Shown here in pieces: positions 13,500-25,872 of a DNA stretch of 64,000 nucleotides. The notes under the pieces were generated by a model that was not told the DNA's origin, did no database searches, and saw nothing but the letters and a program-made list of their open reading frames with translations. Position 1 is the stretch's first letter, and every line of letters begins with the position of its first letter. The DNA is from Utricularia gibba (Eukaryota > Plantae > Magnoliophyta): positions 3,162,001 through 3,226,000 of the forward strand of contig NEEC01000002.1 of the NCBI GenBank assembly GCA_002189035.1, in the 5' to 3' direction. The position numbers were made by a program, and so were the translations under genes.

Positions 13500-14630
13500 G
13501 AGTCTATGTCTTTGTGTATCATAGATGTTGTTGGATTACGCATGATAAAAAAGTTTGCTAATTCTGTCGTTGAAATGGAGGTGCTTGATAAGATTTTTGT
13601 TATTCTTGAAAAATCAATTGTCTCATTCTTGAACTTTCTCTCATTTACAAAATTTCCTTATTGGTCCAATGAAAATTTGGATTATCTATCCAATCTAAAT
13701 TGTATGTGTTCGAATATGAATCATACTTTTTTCTTTGTTGGAATTCTAAACATCTCATAACCTTGATACATTCTACTTCAAATGAATTTGGGAATTTGTT
13801 ATCAACATGTTATGTTCTATGATAGTTTTTATAAAACATGTTCTTATCTTATATCAAGAATAGTTATTTCATCATTTCTAATATGACAGTCACATTTGTT
13901 AGTTTAGTTTCTGAAGTTCTAGACTTACTCTCCACTTTGCATATACTCTTGTTTGAGGTATGCTTGTTAATGATATTTATTGAATGTTCAACTAGTTTCT
14001 CAAGCAAAGATAGAGCCTCAATAGATGTTTTCTTTTTCAAAAATCCTCCTACTATTGAATCAACCATGGCTCCATCTATGTACAATAATTCATTATAAAA
14101 ATAATTGACAAAAGTTTTGGTCTAAAAGCCATAGTGTGAGCAGCATCTCAAAAGTTTATTAAATCTTTCCCAATACTCGTGAAGTAATTCATTATTCATT
14201 TACTAAATATTACTAATTTCGTTCTAGATTCTCACAATTTTGCATGCTGAAAAATAGTTATTCGAGAATGCTTTCTTCATTCCAACTCAATCGATAATAC
14301 TTCTCAAACTCAGAGAATGAAATCATGTCTTCGCTTCTCCTTCCAATTGGAAGGTTCTCAAACAAATCTATTTTGTTATTTCAATAATCTTGAAGGATGT
14401 ACAAACTATTGTTTTGTTATTCAAGTCCTCATGGGATTTTTCACCAATCTTTCCATAAAATTTCGACAAGAAATTTATCATGACTGGCTTGAACTCATTC
14501 ACTAAATCATTTGGAAATCTACTGCATAAACCTCTATAAATATGATCAGCATCATTCAATTCATTCAAAGTTTTCTTAGGTTCAGTCCTCATTGAAATCA
14601 CTTGGTTTACGGCAAGGAGTTTCCTCAACT
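13500..14630 (-). mobile_element. Degenerate Ty3/gypsy (Athila-like) gag remnant
   Basis: Fragments KTLNEL..LCSRFP..FKPVMINFLSKFYGKIGEKSHEDL and MVDSIVGGFLKKKTSIEALSLLEKL resemble Athila retrotrans_gag (LIHLLPKFHGLAGEDPHKHL; MIDAASGGALVDKTP). Many stops and frameshifts; boundaries approximate. Confidence 0.7.
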
Positions 14631-16099
14631 TAGCCGCTTCTCTTACTTTATTTCGGTTCTTCCTAGTAGTTCTCTAAACTTCATGATTGAATTCCAGATC
14701 TCCTGCACCACAAGAATGCAAATGCATCAATTAAAAATACAAAATAATTACACACTACTCCTCAACAACGATGCTAATTTAATAAATGAGAATTTTGAAT
14801 GTCGCTAAAATGCTAATTCCTATATCAAATACATTTATAAACCCAATTCATTCAAAATCATTTTGAACACAAAGTATATAATGGTAAAATCGAGGTCAAT
14901 CATAAGGAGCATATGTTTGTATTGTATTTTTCTAATGCGAAATTTCAGAATAATTGTGTTTTTAGTCCTATGTTAAACTAAGAATGGTACACAAGTCCAA
15001 TAATTAAAATTAGATCACAATATAGAATGTAAAAAATATTGATTTTGTATACAAAATACTAGAATGTCTCAAAATAGTTTTGATGATTTGGTATTAAAGT
15101 TTTTAATCTAATTTATAATTATCTAGATGCACAACTTGAAATAATATAGGTATATCCCGATTATTCTTCATATTTTTTGCTAGTATACCTTTTAGTATAC
15201 TTACTTATTCCACACTCAAGTTTACCCATATAAAAAATATATAGAATTAAGTCTACTTAATTCTATTAATCCAACTTGGGATTATCTCCATCGAGCATCT
15301 AATCTATAATGCCAGCCACTCCTATCCTTAAGTCTACCCAAGGAATATAAAAAATGAACTGTTAATGGGTACAATTGTAATTACTTAGTAAATCCTAACC
15401 ATATCACCTTAAAAAATCATAAGTCATTCCTAAAGTCTAAGAAAGCATAATTTCATAAATATAAATTAAAGAAAATATTATAAGCACTATAAGACAAAAA
15501 AATCGCAAAAACCAAATATTCAACAAACTAAAACAAGCTAAAATAAATGTCTATTTTGCATCTGCAATTGTTTACTGTTCAAAATAGTAACACTCAACTG
15601 GTTATCCGGTGGCGGTTCTTCAAATTCGAAGTCTTCTTTAATCTTCCTTCTTCCCCCTTTCCATTGTGTTCTTCTCTTGTCTCATCGAAGCTCTCCTTCC
15701 AAAAAAAATATATCATCTCTATTATTCTTCTTTTCCAATGCAAATACGGCATCTGATACTTTAATGTTCTTAGCTTTAACCTACAAACTTCTGGTGACAA
15801 AGACAATGATTTTTATTCCCCTTTGGATAGTGTGCCCTTTCAACTTGATGCATATGTTTTCAATCCGATTTGTTGCTAATCTTGTTGCTAAGACTCAATA
15901 AATTATTAATAACATAAGGTGAACTAAATCAAAGTTTGACACATAAAATTAAAAACATACTGAATATTATATAAAATGTTAAAAACTACACAAATAAAAC
16001 CTATATTATAGTTAAACATGATGACTTTATAACATAAAAATATTAATAAAGTGTGTGTCATCAAAAATCAATTTGATACTTGTATGTGGATTAACACAA

Positions 16100-16680
16100 A
16101 TAAACCTTCGAGAGTAGAAGAGACAGTGCTGAAGAAACTACACTCAAAGCCCATTCCAATCATGAATTTTTGTATTGATAGCAATCTATGTCATTGAATC
16201 AACAACTTTGATGATGTCCAACAATCAATTCTTCAAAGCACTAGTAAAAACGTTTTGCCAAAATATTGCACTAAACAAGATGACGCTCTATGAAGATATG
16301 TCTCAATTGAAATATAGAGATGGTGAATTGATACACCGAAGTCAGTTCAAGAACATATTGATTAGGTGGTCGTAATGAAGATGAGTTCTTATAAAGAAAT
16401 CCAAGCTATGCCATTGCATGTTTGTATTCGATAAGGGCTTAAGAAGTTGGTATTTCGAGAAAGGAAATTAATCGTTTATCTACTTCAAAACCTAGGGGCT
16501 AACTATTCAATGGAGTAACTTCCAGAATGAATATATTCAACAAAAGGTCTACCCAATGAAAGTGTCTAAACAATAACTTGACATGCTACTAGTTTTTTCA
16601 TACAATGATGGAAAAGAATATAACAATATTGGTTGACACCCCAACTGCATTCTTGGATGTTGATTAAATATTTTACTGAA
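16100..16680 (+). mobile_element. Highly degenerate Ty1/copia remnant (gag UBN2-like and RT-like scraps)
   Basis: KMTLYEDMSQLKYRDGELIH resembles UBN2. A downstream scrap (gacaccccaactgcattcttggatg) resembles the RT motif DVKTAFL.G. Frames are broken. Confidence 0.4.
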
Positions 16681-19600
16681 AATATCATATTTATAATACA
16701 TAGTAAAAAAAAAATAGAAGATATATTGAGTACCATAACTTTTGCCTAAGCATATAATAAAGAAAGAAGTAAGTATTGAAATTGACTTTTAGTTATGAGA
16801 AAATTGATTATGTGTAATTTATTACAGCTCCAAAGAAACCTTATTTATTTATTTTTATCAAGTTAGTATCTTATTTGTTCATTTTTACCATTTTTCAAAA
16901 CCTTAAGCTGCTCAAAAATATGGAAAAATTCTAAAAGTTGATGAGATTGATTCTATCAAACAGGACAATAAATAGCATCGGACAAAAGATTTATCCTAAT
17001 CAATTCCTATGTTTATTTCTTAGTCACATACTTTGATCTTTGGCAGGAGAGTTAACCATTGTCTCCACAAATGCTTATACACAAGAATAACGAGAGAAAG
17101 CAACAGAAACATGACCTCGGCATTTCTGCGAGCCGACTGACCAGGGAAAAAAGGAACGCAGCAGTCAAGTCCTGCTCTCGCATTCCTTTCCGTGGCCTTC
17201 AGATGAAGATCGCCGGCGGGGAAACCTGGAATCTCTCGTAATCCGGTTTCCATGAGGTGTTTTGCTTTCAACGTGGGAAGGGATAGGGATCGGGAACCAA
17301 TGCAATGCAATGCTGGCGATTCGTGCAGCCATGGGATGGGAACACCAAAACCATGCTCGTAAACTGTGCCACGTGTCACATCATTCAGACCAAGACAGGC
17401 TATTTTGGGCCCAAATGATTGATTGGCTTTACTTGACCTACCCACCCAGCCCACTATCAATAATTTCATTATCTCAATGCAACATTGTCATGTGGGGTAC
17501 GGTACAGCTACCTACAGCTACATAAATAAATAAATAATAATTACTTTAAAATAATTAATAATCAGCAGCAACGCATCAAGGAACACCCGCTTCATTCTCA
17601 TTTATTGTTGAAAACGAAAACGCAAGGCTTCAGATGTAAAAATAATGACGTACACATATATTTATATTTAGGAATACGAAATTAAATAGTGAGAAAGAGC
17701 TTTTTTAGGGTTGCCAAGCCGCAGGGGACAAATTTAATATGTTGGAAATAATGTGCACCCCTTTCAGCGCTCCACAAGTAGCTATTTTCTCACTTGGACA
17801 GGGACGCCAAATACGCATTTTCCAAAAAAGACCATATTTATTTGTCAGAGAAATTCATGAGATAAATAAAAAAGTGTGGTCCTGGTTAAAATTCGGTGAC
17901 GGATTGAGAATGGTTGCCAAGGACCTCTTATTTGTTTTTAATTTTTAAATTGATTCTATTTATTTTTTGAATATTTTAATATTTAATCGTTTTGTATTAA
18001 AATCATAAATTCAGATTAGGTAATTAAATTGAATTTATTGAATCTAAATTAAATAACAGATTAATTAGAAAAATTATATTATTCAGTTTAGGAATAATAT
18101 ATTTGTATCATAACATTAAATTATATAATAATTTAATATATTAAAATTTATAATACATATTTTATTTTATTAAATTTATAATATAATTATATGTTATCTC
18201 ACAAAAGTTTTAGAATCACAAACTAATTTTATTTTACATAATCTTAAAACTGATTCTATTCTATATAATCTGAAATATACCTTGTAATTACGAAACAGGC
18301 CGGAAGTGACTAATCCCGACCCAAGTGAGGGAGGGAGGGAGCGAGCGGTGGGTTGCATTAAACAAAGTTTAGAAAAGCTGGCAGCATGTGAAATCCGTGC
18401 ATTAAAGGCGTGGGGGGATAGGGCTTGGAAACGAGGCTGTAAAAATGAATATTTATGTGCAACTCGCCACAAAATCTCTATCCGAAACGAATTAATTAAT
18501 TAATTAATAATGGGGGGGGGGGTGGGGGTTCAGGAGGCAGCAGCACCCGACTCAAATTTTGAAATATTAATAATGAATAATGTTATTCCGTACTTGGTGT
18601 GGAGGGGAGGGGAAATACCGTATTTACCCCCACACCCCTTCCTTTTTCAACCACGCCCTCGCGTGGTCCACGCCACCCCTCCCTCTGTCTTTGTCCAAAT
18701 TAATGGCCTGTGGACAAGTAGCAACGGGTAGGGCGGTCAGCGCAGATAAGCTGCCCTGCCCGTCACCCTCAAAATAGTATTTGCAACTCCCACGAAATCG
18801 AAATTTTGGATATATTCGGGACAAATTCAGAATATTTTTTTTGGATTACCTGCATACATGTAATAAATAAATTTTTGTTTCATCATTCATCAAAGAGTTA
18901 ATATAATTAATACGACATAATACATTTTATGAGAAAAATCAAATTATTATCTATTTTAATAGTAATTAATTTTGAACAACACTTTCATTTTCTGTCCCGC
19001 AAACTCCACAGTGAAATGTTTTTAGTTTCCCCTGGGAAGAAGAAATGGACCAGGCCTCACACAAGTACGGTCATGGGAAAAAGACTAAATTTATTTCTTT
19101 AATAATAAAAATAACGTGTAATTAAAATTCAAGTTGTTGGATTTGGTTGATTTCCTTAAAAATTAAAAATACAAGTGGTTATTTATATATGGAATTTATT
19201 TAATTTCGTAAATTATATTTGTGCTGTTCAATTATGCTTTTGAGGATAATTAAAAGGCATTAATTGCGGGGCAGGGCAGGGCAGGGCAGGCAGGTTCAAA
19301 GTGAACATGGGGATGGGAGCTTACCAGCACCGTGATTAATGGTAAATTGGACTAATGGCGCCTTTTTAATTACCCGTTTAGGAATATAACCCCCTTTTAT
19401 TTATTTTAATTAATTAACTGGTCCTTGCTCTTCCCAAAACGCCCTCCTCCAACTCCTCCTCTTTTTTTGTTTTTTTAATACTCATATTGATTTAGATTAA
19501 TTTCGATAATCCAATATATATTTATTTAATAATAATGGGTACGTCTCAACTCCAACTCCATTCAATAATTCAAATCTCGGATTCAGGTTTTGTTGTTCCA

Positions 19601-21559
19601 ACCCCATGCAGATAGGGTTTGCATAATGATCAATGACATCTGTTTCTAAATAATCCCATTTCATGATCATCATTATTCATATTCATTGTTGGTAATGTGG
19701 AAATGACATGATTTATATATAGGATCGCTTACTATTTTTTTTATACACACTTTGAGGCATAACTACTTTTGTAATTGATCTTGTAGATATGTCAAGATTA
19801 TTTAGAAAAAGTGATTATTGAGAATTTATCTCTCACTCAGTAAGACCTAATTTTTACATATACAATTGTCATTTTTCTCATACACTTAAAATGCAATGTC
19901 TATTTTTATAATATATCCACATATGTCATCATTTGCAAAGCTAACTTGTCATTTATTACCATGAATAACTGAAACATTGGGTGTTTAAAATCAAGGAGTA
20001 ACATGATATAAATAATATTGGGTGGGTAACTACTAGGTTTGCAATATGGAAGTGACATCAATATAACTTTTGGGAAAGCCAAAAAGGTGTATGTAATCAA
20101 TCACCTTTCATTGGTGGGGATGTTTTGTTCTCAGTTCATTGTCTCCCAACTTTTATGGATTCTAATTGGTGAAAGAGGGTGGTTTTTTTTTTGTTACTAA
20201 AAGAGCATTTTCATCCCTCACCAACCCAAATTCATATATTTTAAACACTTTAATAATTTTAAAACTAATTATATTATGCGTAGTATTGAGTAGAGATTAA
20301 AAAACAGAAAATGATGCTCAAAATGTGATGGAAACAAGTATTATTTTCCGTGCTAAAAGTGATTGGCATATGATGATGATGCCATGCTACAAGAAAATAA
20401 TCATAGTATTAATAATGAATGCTCTTCTTCTCATTGGGTTGTCTAGCTCCTTCGAATCTTGATGAGGTATTATAAGAGAAAGTCATTTAAAAAAGTGATT
20501 ATGCATACATTCTATTTCACATATTAAGTTAAAGAATTTAGATTATGAATGATCAATTTCATCACACACTATTTGACATATGACTAGATCTCTAATTCAT
20601 TTTCCTGAGGGGAGGGGGCATAAGATAACACATACATAATGGCAGTAGAAGCAGTAGTGGTAGTAGTGAGTAATCATGTTGGTTTGTGAATAATGGGAGG
20701 GTAAAAGAGTCAATTCACTATCCGGCGGTCGGTAAAGTGAGTAGGAATCTTTCTTTCTTACCGTGAGGGAGGGCGGTAGGGGGGCTGCATCACAAGCGAC
20801 AAGCGCGTAGGCGCCCATAATGCAGCGAAGCAGTAAAAACACACATATGACATATGGCGCGGGCGGGCGGGCGGGGGTAGAATAGGGAGGGAGTAAAAAA
20901 TGAAATTAGTTGGGGAGGGCATTTTCGTCCGCACAGGGCGCACGAGATCTGGGCCTCCGCGGTCGCCATGTCATTATCGCGAAAGATATGTGAAAGCGAC
21001 GTCTCTTGTATTTTTCATTCAACATACTGTTTATTGGGCACTCCACCAGTGGGGAACACGCAAGATTGTAATAATGTACGCTGTTCTTGGTGTTATTACA
21101 CTCCTCTATGCCCCTCCTCCTTCTGCCACTTCCTACCGCAAAAAAAGTGCAACAGTGAATACAGCAAGAAAAGAAGCCTTCTGGGGGCCTCCGGTGGAAA
21201 ACACCTTATCTCAGGTCTGAGGAGAATCCATACCCACATCATATCATATCTTGGATAACAAGAAGAAGAAGAACAAGACTTGGTGGTGTTGGCAGCTGCA
21301 GATCTGCGTGTGTTTTGGTGGTTTCAGCTGCTCGAGCTTGCTTTTGTTTTCCCTTTCGGCTATTGGGGTCTGCCTCGAAGCTTTGTCCTCTTCTGCCCAC
21401 GATGGGGCTGTGATAAAATCTCTCTTTTTTCTCCTTTTTTTCTTTTGTCGCGCAGAACTTGTTTTCAGAGGTGTTGCCCCCTTTGTGGAACTTCAAAGGG
21501 GAGGAGGGTTTCTAGAGGGCAAGGAATCAGCTTTCTATTCATAGGTTGCAGAGGGTTTG

Positions 21560-24500
21560 ATGATTTTATGGGCTTGGAATTGGTCATTGAATAACACAAG
21601 GAGTGTTTATTGGACGGCTGCGAAGATGAAAGGGTTCCATGTAATAGCGATGAAAGTGAACGACCAATTGTTTGGCACGAAGAGTAAGTGGTCACTAGTG
21701 AAGATTGCTTCAAACCGCAGAAATTTGGGAATTTGGTTTTTAGTGATTGCTTTTGCTAGTATCCTGATTTATTTTAAGATGGATGCTGATCAAAAAGAAA
21801 GAAGGAAAGAAAGTCTTGTTGGAATGTGTGATCAGAGAGCCAGGATGCTTCAAGATCAGTTCAATATCACCGTGAATCACGTTCACGCTTTAGCTATTCT
21901 TGTCACAACTTTCCATTATTCCAAGACACCTTCGGCAATCGATCAGGTTTGTTTATGAGTTTCTGCACCTTTTGAAGATGAACCCTTCTCAATTTTGGCG
22001 TGTTTTGCGGCACAGTAAGTTGTGTGTGTGTTTTCTTTCAAGAAAAAAGAAAACGAGCTTCTAAGTACTTGGGTTTTCTTATTTTTTTTCTGTTTTGACA
22101 TTTTTGCAGGAAACGTTTGCTGATTACACGGCAAGAACCGCTTTTGAGAGGCCACTGCTGAATGGCATTGCGTATGCTCAGAGAATTCTGCATTCTGAGA
22201 GAGAAGAGTTTGAGAGAACACACGGATGGACCATTAGATCAATGAGGGAAGAACCCGCGCCTGTCAGTGATGAATATGCTCCGGTTATATTTATGCAAGA
22301 AACAGTATCATACATTGAATCTCTCGATATGATGTCTGTGGAGGTAAAGGAATCCATCCAGATCACGGAAAATCCGGTTTTTTGGTTCAGGCACATCACC
22401 ATTTTGGTTTTTGATGCAGGAGGATCGTGAAAACATCTTGCAGGCTCGGGCTACTGGTAAAGCAGTTCTTACTAGTCCTTTTAAGTTGCTGAATAATCGT
22501 CTTGGGGTTGTGTTGACATTTGCTGTTTACAACTCCAAGCTCCCATCTGATGCCACAGTGAAGGATCGTATTGAAGCAACTGCAGGGTACATCCTGTTAA
22601 TCTGTTTTCTAGTTCCTTTTCATTTCAGATGAAACTTGCCTCTTGTATTTTCAGTATTCGAGCAGGGTTTTTGCAATATATAATGAGAAAAAAATGAAGC
22701 CTTCTGTGTGGTTACGGAATATTTCTACTTCAAGGCTACACCGACTACTACCATAATGATAGAGCAAAATTTACTTAATTCGTGGCTTGGTTTTAATTTT
22801 GCTTACACCTTTTTTGGACCCAAAAAACCGTATTATAGTAAATCGACAATAATATTAGTGATACAGAATCTATAGAAACGAGCTCATTAATTGTCTGAAC
22901 ACATTAATGCGTCCAGCCGATGCTCCTTATGTTGATCTGAACAGATTTTGGTGTCTTGCAGGTATTTAGGTGGAGCTTTTGATGTTGAATCACTTGTGGA
23001 AAATTTGCTTGGCCAACTTGCTGGGAACCAAGCAATTGTTGTTAAAGTGTATGATGTTACCAAGCCTTCTGATCCTCAGATTATCTACGGGAATCAGTCT
23101 TTGGATGGTGATATGTCCCTCAAGCATGTGAGCAAGCTTGACTTTGGTGACCCACGTCGTAAACACGAGATGATATGCAGGTACATGCCTTTGTTTTCTG
23201 CATTCAAATCTCTATGTATCATTTGGATATACACCATAGAGGCCAACCTTTTACTTGATAAGTGTGATGCGTTCATTGAGGATGCTTCAAAAGTGGCGAG
23301 GAATTATAGTTCTTAATTTGTGACTGTTATAGGTACCTTGAGAGGGCTCCCATGTCATGGATTGCATTAATGACAGCGGCTTTCATAGCTGTGATCGGTG
23401 GTTTAGTTGGTTATATGATATACGGTGGAGCAGTTCAGATTGTGAAGGTTGAAGACGACTTCAATAAAATGCAAGAACTAAAAGTTCGAGCTGAGGCTGC
23501 TGATATTGCCAAATCTCAGGTGCAGAGAGATTCTTCTTTTGTTCCCCATCAACAGCTTTCCTACAAATCTTCTAAACTGTGGTTTTGATCTTGCTGTTGC
23601 AGTTTCTAGCCACTGTTTCCCATGAGATAAGGACTCCCATGAACGGAATACTGGGTAGAATGCTGTTATATATGGATCATTTTCCGGGTTATTCTGCTGG
23701 TGTAAGTTGGGATCTGAATTTGTTGCTGTGTATTGGTACAGGAATGCTGCAGTTGCTGCTCGACACGGAGCTCACAAGAATGCAAAGGGATTTTGCTCAA
23801 ACAGCTCAAGATTGTGGAGTAACTTTGATAACGTTGATAAACGATGTTCTTGACCGTGCAAAGATTGAAGCTGGAAAATTAGAGCTTGAGTCTGTGCCAT
23901 TCGATCTTCGATCTGTTCTCGATGATGCCTTGTTTCTGTTCTCCGAAAAGTCTCGCCAAAAAGAATTGAGGTGAAGTTTGCAAATTGCACAATCACACAC
24001 ACTGCATATCTTCGTGCTTTCAATGCACAAGATTTATTCCTTTTTTGTTTCAAAAAGTACACCTGAGTTTATGTATATAACTGGATGTTGCAGCTCGCTG
24101 TTTTTGTTTCAGACAAAGTACCTGAAATTGTTGTTGGGGATCCTGGAAGACTTCGGCAGGTCATCATCAATCTTGTCGGGAACTCTGTAAAAGTGAGTAA
24201 TTGATTGGTTTCATTCAACTCTGTTGGTGTATTTTTTGTGTTCTTACTGATTTTGGTCGACCATCTTGCAGTTTACCGAGCAGGGCCATATATTTGTGCA
24301 AGTGCATCTTGCCGAACAAGCAAATTCAGTCCTGGACTTGAAGAACAGACCTTCCACAAACGATGAATCGCTGAAATTCAACACTCTAAGCGGCAAACAA
24401 GCTGCAGATGATCGAAGCAGTTGGGATGTATTCAAGCATTTAGACGATGATGTATTCTTGGATGGCAAAGAAAATGGTCGTGCTGATCAAAATGTCACCT

Positions 24501-25872
24501 TGATGGTGTGGGTTGAAGACACCGGAATCGGAATTCCGGAACATGCACAGCAGCGAGTGTTCACCCCGTTTATGCAGGCAGACAGCTCAACCTCTCGAAA
24601 CTACGGGGGAACGGGCATTGGACTAAGTATCAGCAGGTGCCTTGTTGAGCTCATGGGTGGTCAGATGAGCTTCACTAGCCGTCCCCATATTGGAAGTACG
24701 TTTTCGTTCACTGCACACTTGAAAATGTACAAGAGGGATACGTCCATTGATCTCAAGCGATCTCTGTTGGACGACATACCCATTGCGTTGAAAGGACTCA
24801 AGGCTCTTGTGGTTGATGGCAAGCCAGTTAGAGCTTCTATCACTAGGTACCATTTGAGGAGACTAGGAATACAGTCAGAGACTGTGAGTAGCATGAGAAC
24901 TGCAGCTGCTGTCTTCAGAAAGTACTGGTCTTTGATTTCCAAGTAAGAGCTTCTTTTTCCGCCCCTCATTTTCTGTTTGCACGCTTTTTTAAGCTTTTTT
25001 GCTTTGAAACAGGAATGAAAAACTCCCAGATGTAATTCTGTTTGAAAAGGATACTTGGATATCTGGTGAAGAAAACTGCTTCCCTCTACTCTCAAGCTCT
25101 GGACAAAATGGGCAATCCTGTAAACCACCAAAGATGATCCTTCTTGCGACAAATATCACACCTGGAGAGTCTGATAAAGCGAAGATGGCGGGATTCGTGG
25201 ATACCGTGATCATGAAGCCGCTGAGAGCAAAAGCAGTGGCAGCATGCCTGCTGCAAGTGCTTGGCATCAATGTGAAAAACCAGAATGGGACAGAGGCACA
25301 AGAGAAGTCCAAGAGTCTCCATGGATTGCTCTGCGGGAAGAAAATACTGGTAGTTGATGATAACAAGGTGAACCGTAGAGTTGCTGCCGGTGCCCTCAAG
25401 AAGTATGGTGCTGATGTAGTGTGCGCAGAGAGCGGCCATGAGGCGTTGAAGTTGCTGCAGATACCACATGATTTCGATGCCTGTTTCATGGACATTCAAA
25501 TGCCTGAAATGGATGGGTATGTAAAGAAAACCCTCGGGGCTCGGAGCGCCACCACATTCAGTCTTGCTGATCCTTTGCTGAATGCGCAGGTTCGAAGTGA
25601 CTCGTCGCATCCGAGAGATGGAGAACGAGGTGAACCAGCAAGAGAGGAGCGAGAATGGATGCGAAAGTGAAGGGCTGGTGGAGGAGAAGAGTGAGTGGCA
25701 TATCCCTGTGCTGGCAATGACAGCAGATGTCATCCATGCTACCTTAGACAAATGCCTCAAGTACGGCATGGACGGGTACGTTTCGAAGCCATTTCAGGAG
25801 ATGAGCCTGTATCAGGCGGTGGCGAAGTTCTTCGACGGCGACGGCCCCTCGATCGCATCATCATACTCCTAG
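21560..25872 (+). CDS. AHK4: Cytokinin receptor histidine kinase (CHASE, HisKA, HATPase, receiver domains), AHK4/CRE1/WOL ortholog, 11 exons. Apparent 1-nt frameshift at ~23963.
   Basis: [69 protein letters not shown] (phospho-His), [31 protein letters not shown] (phospho-Asp), MDGYVSKPF. Candidate starts are ATG 21560 and 21626; stop at 25870-25872. Confidence 0.96.

Noticed and set aside
23955-23966. Programmed ribosomal frameshift as an explanation for the AHK4 lesion
   Set aside because: No in-frame X XXY YYZ heptamer and no downstream structure, and the site abuts an intron. Sequencing error is far simpler.
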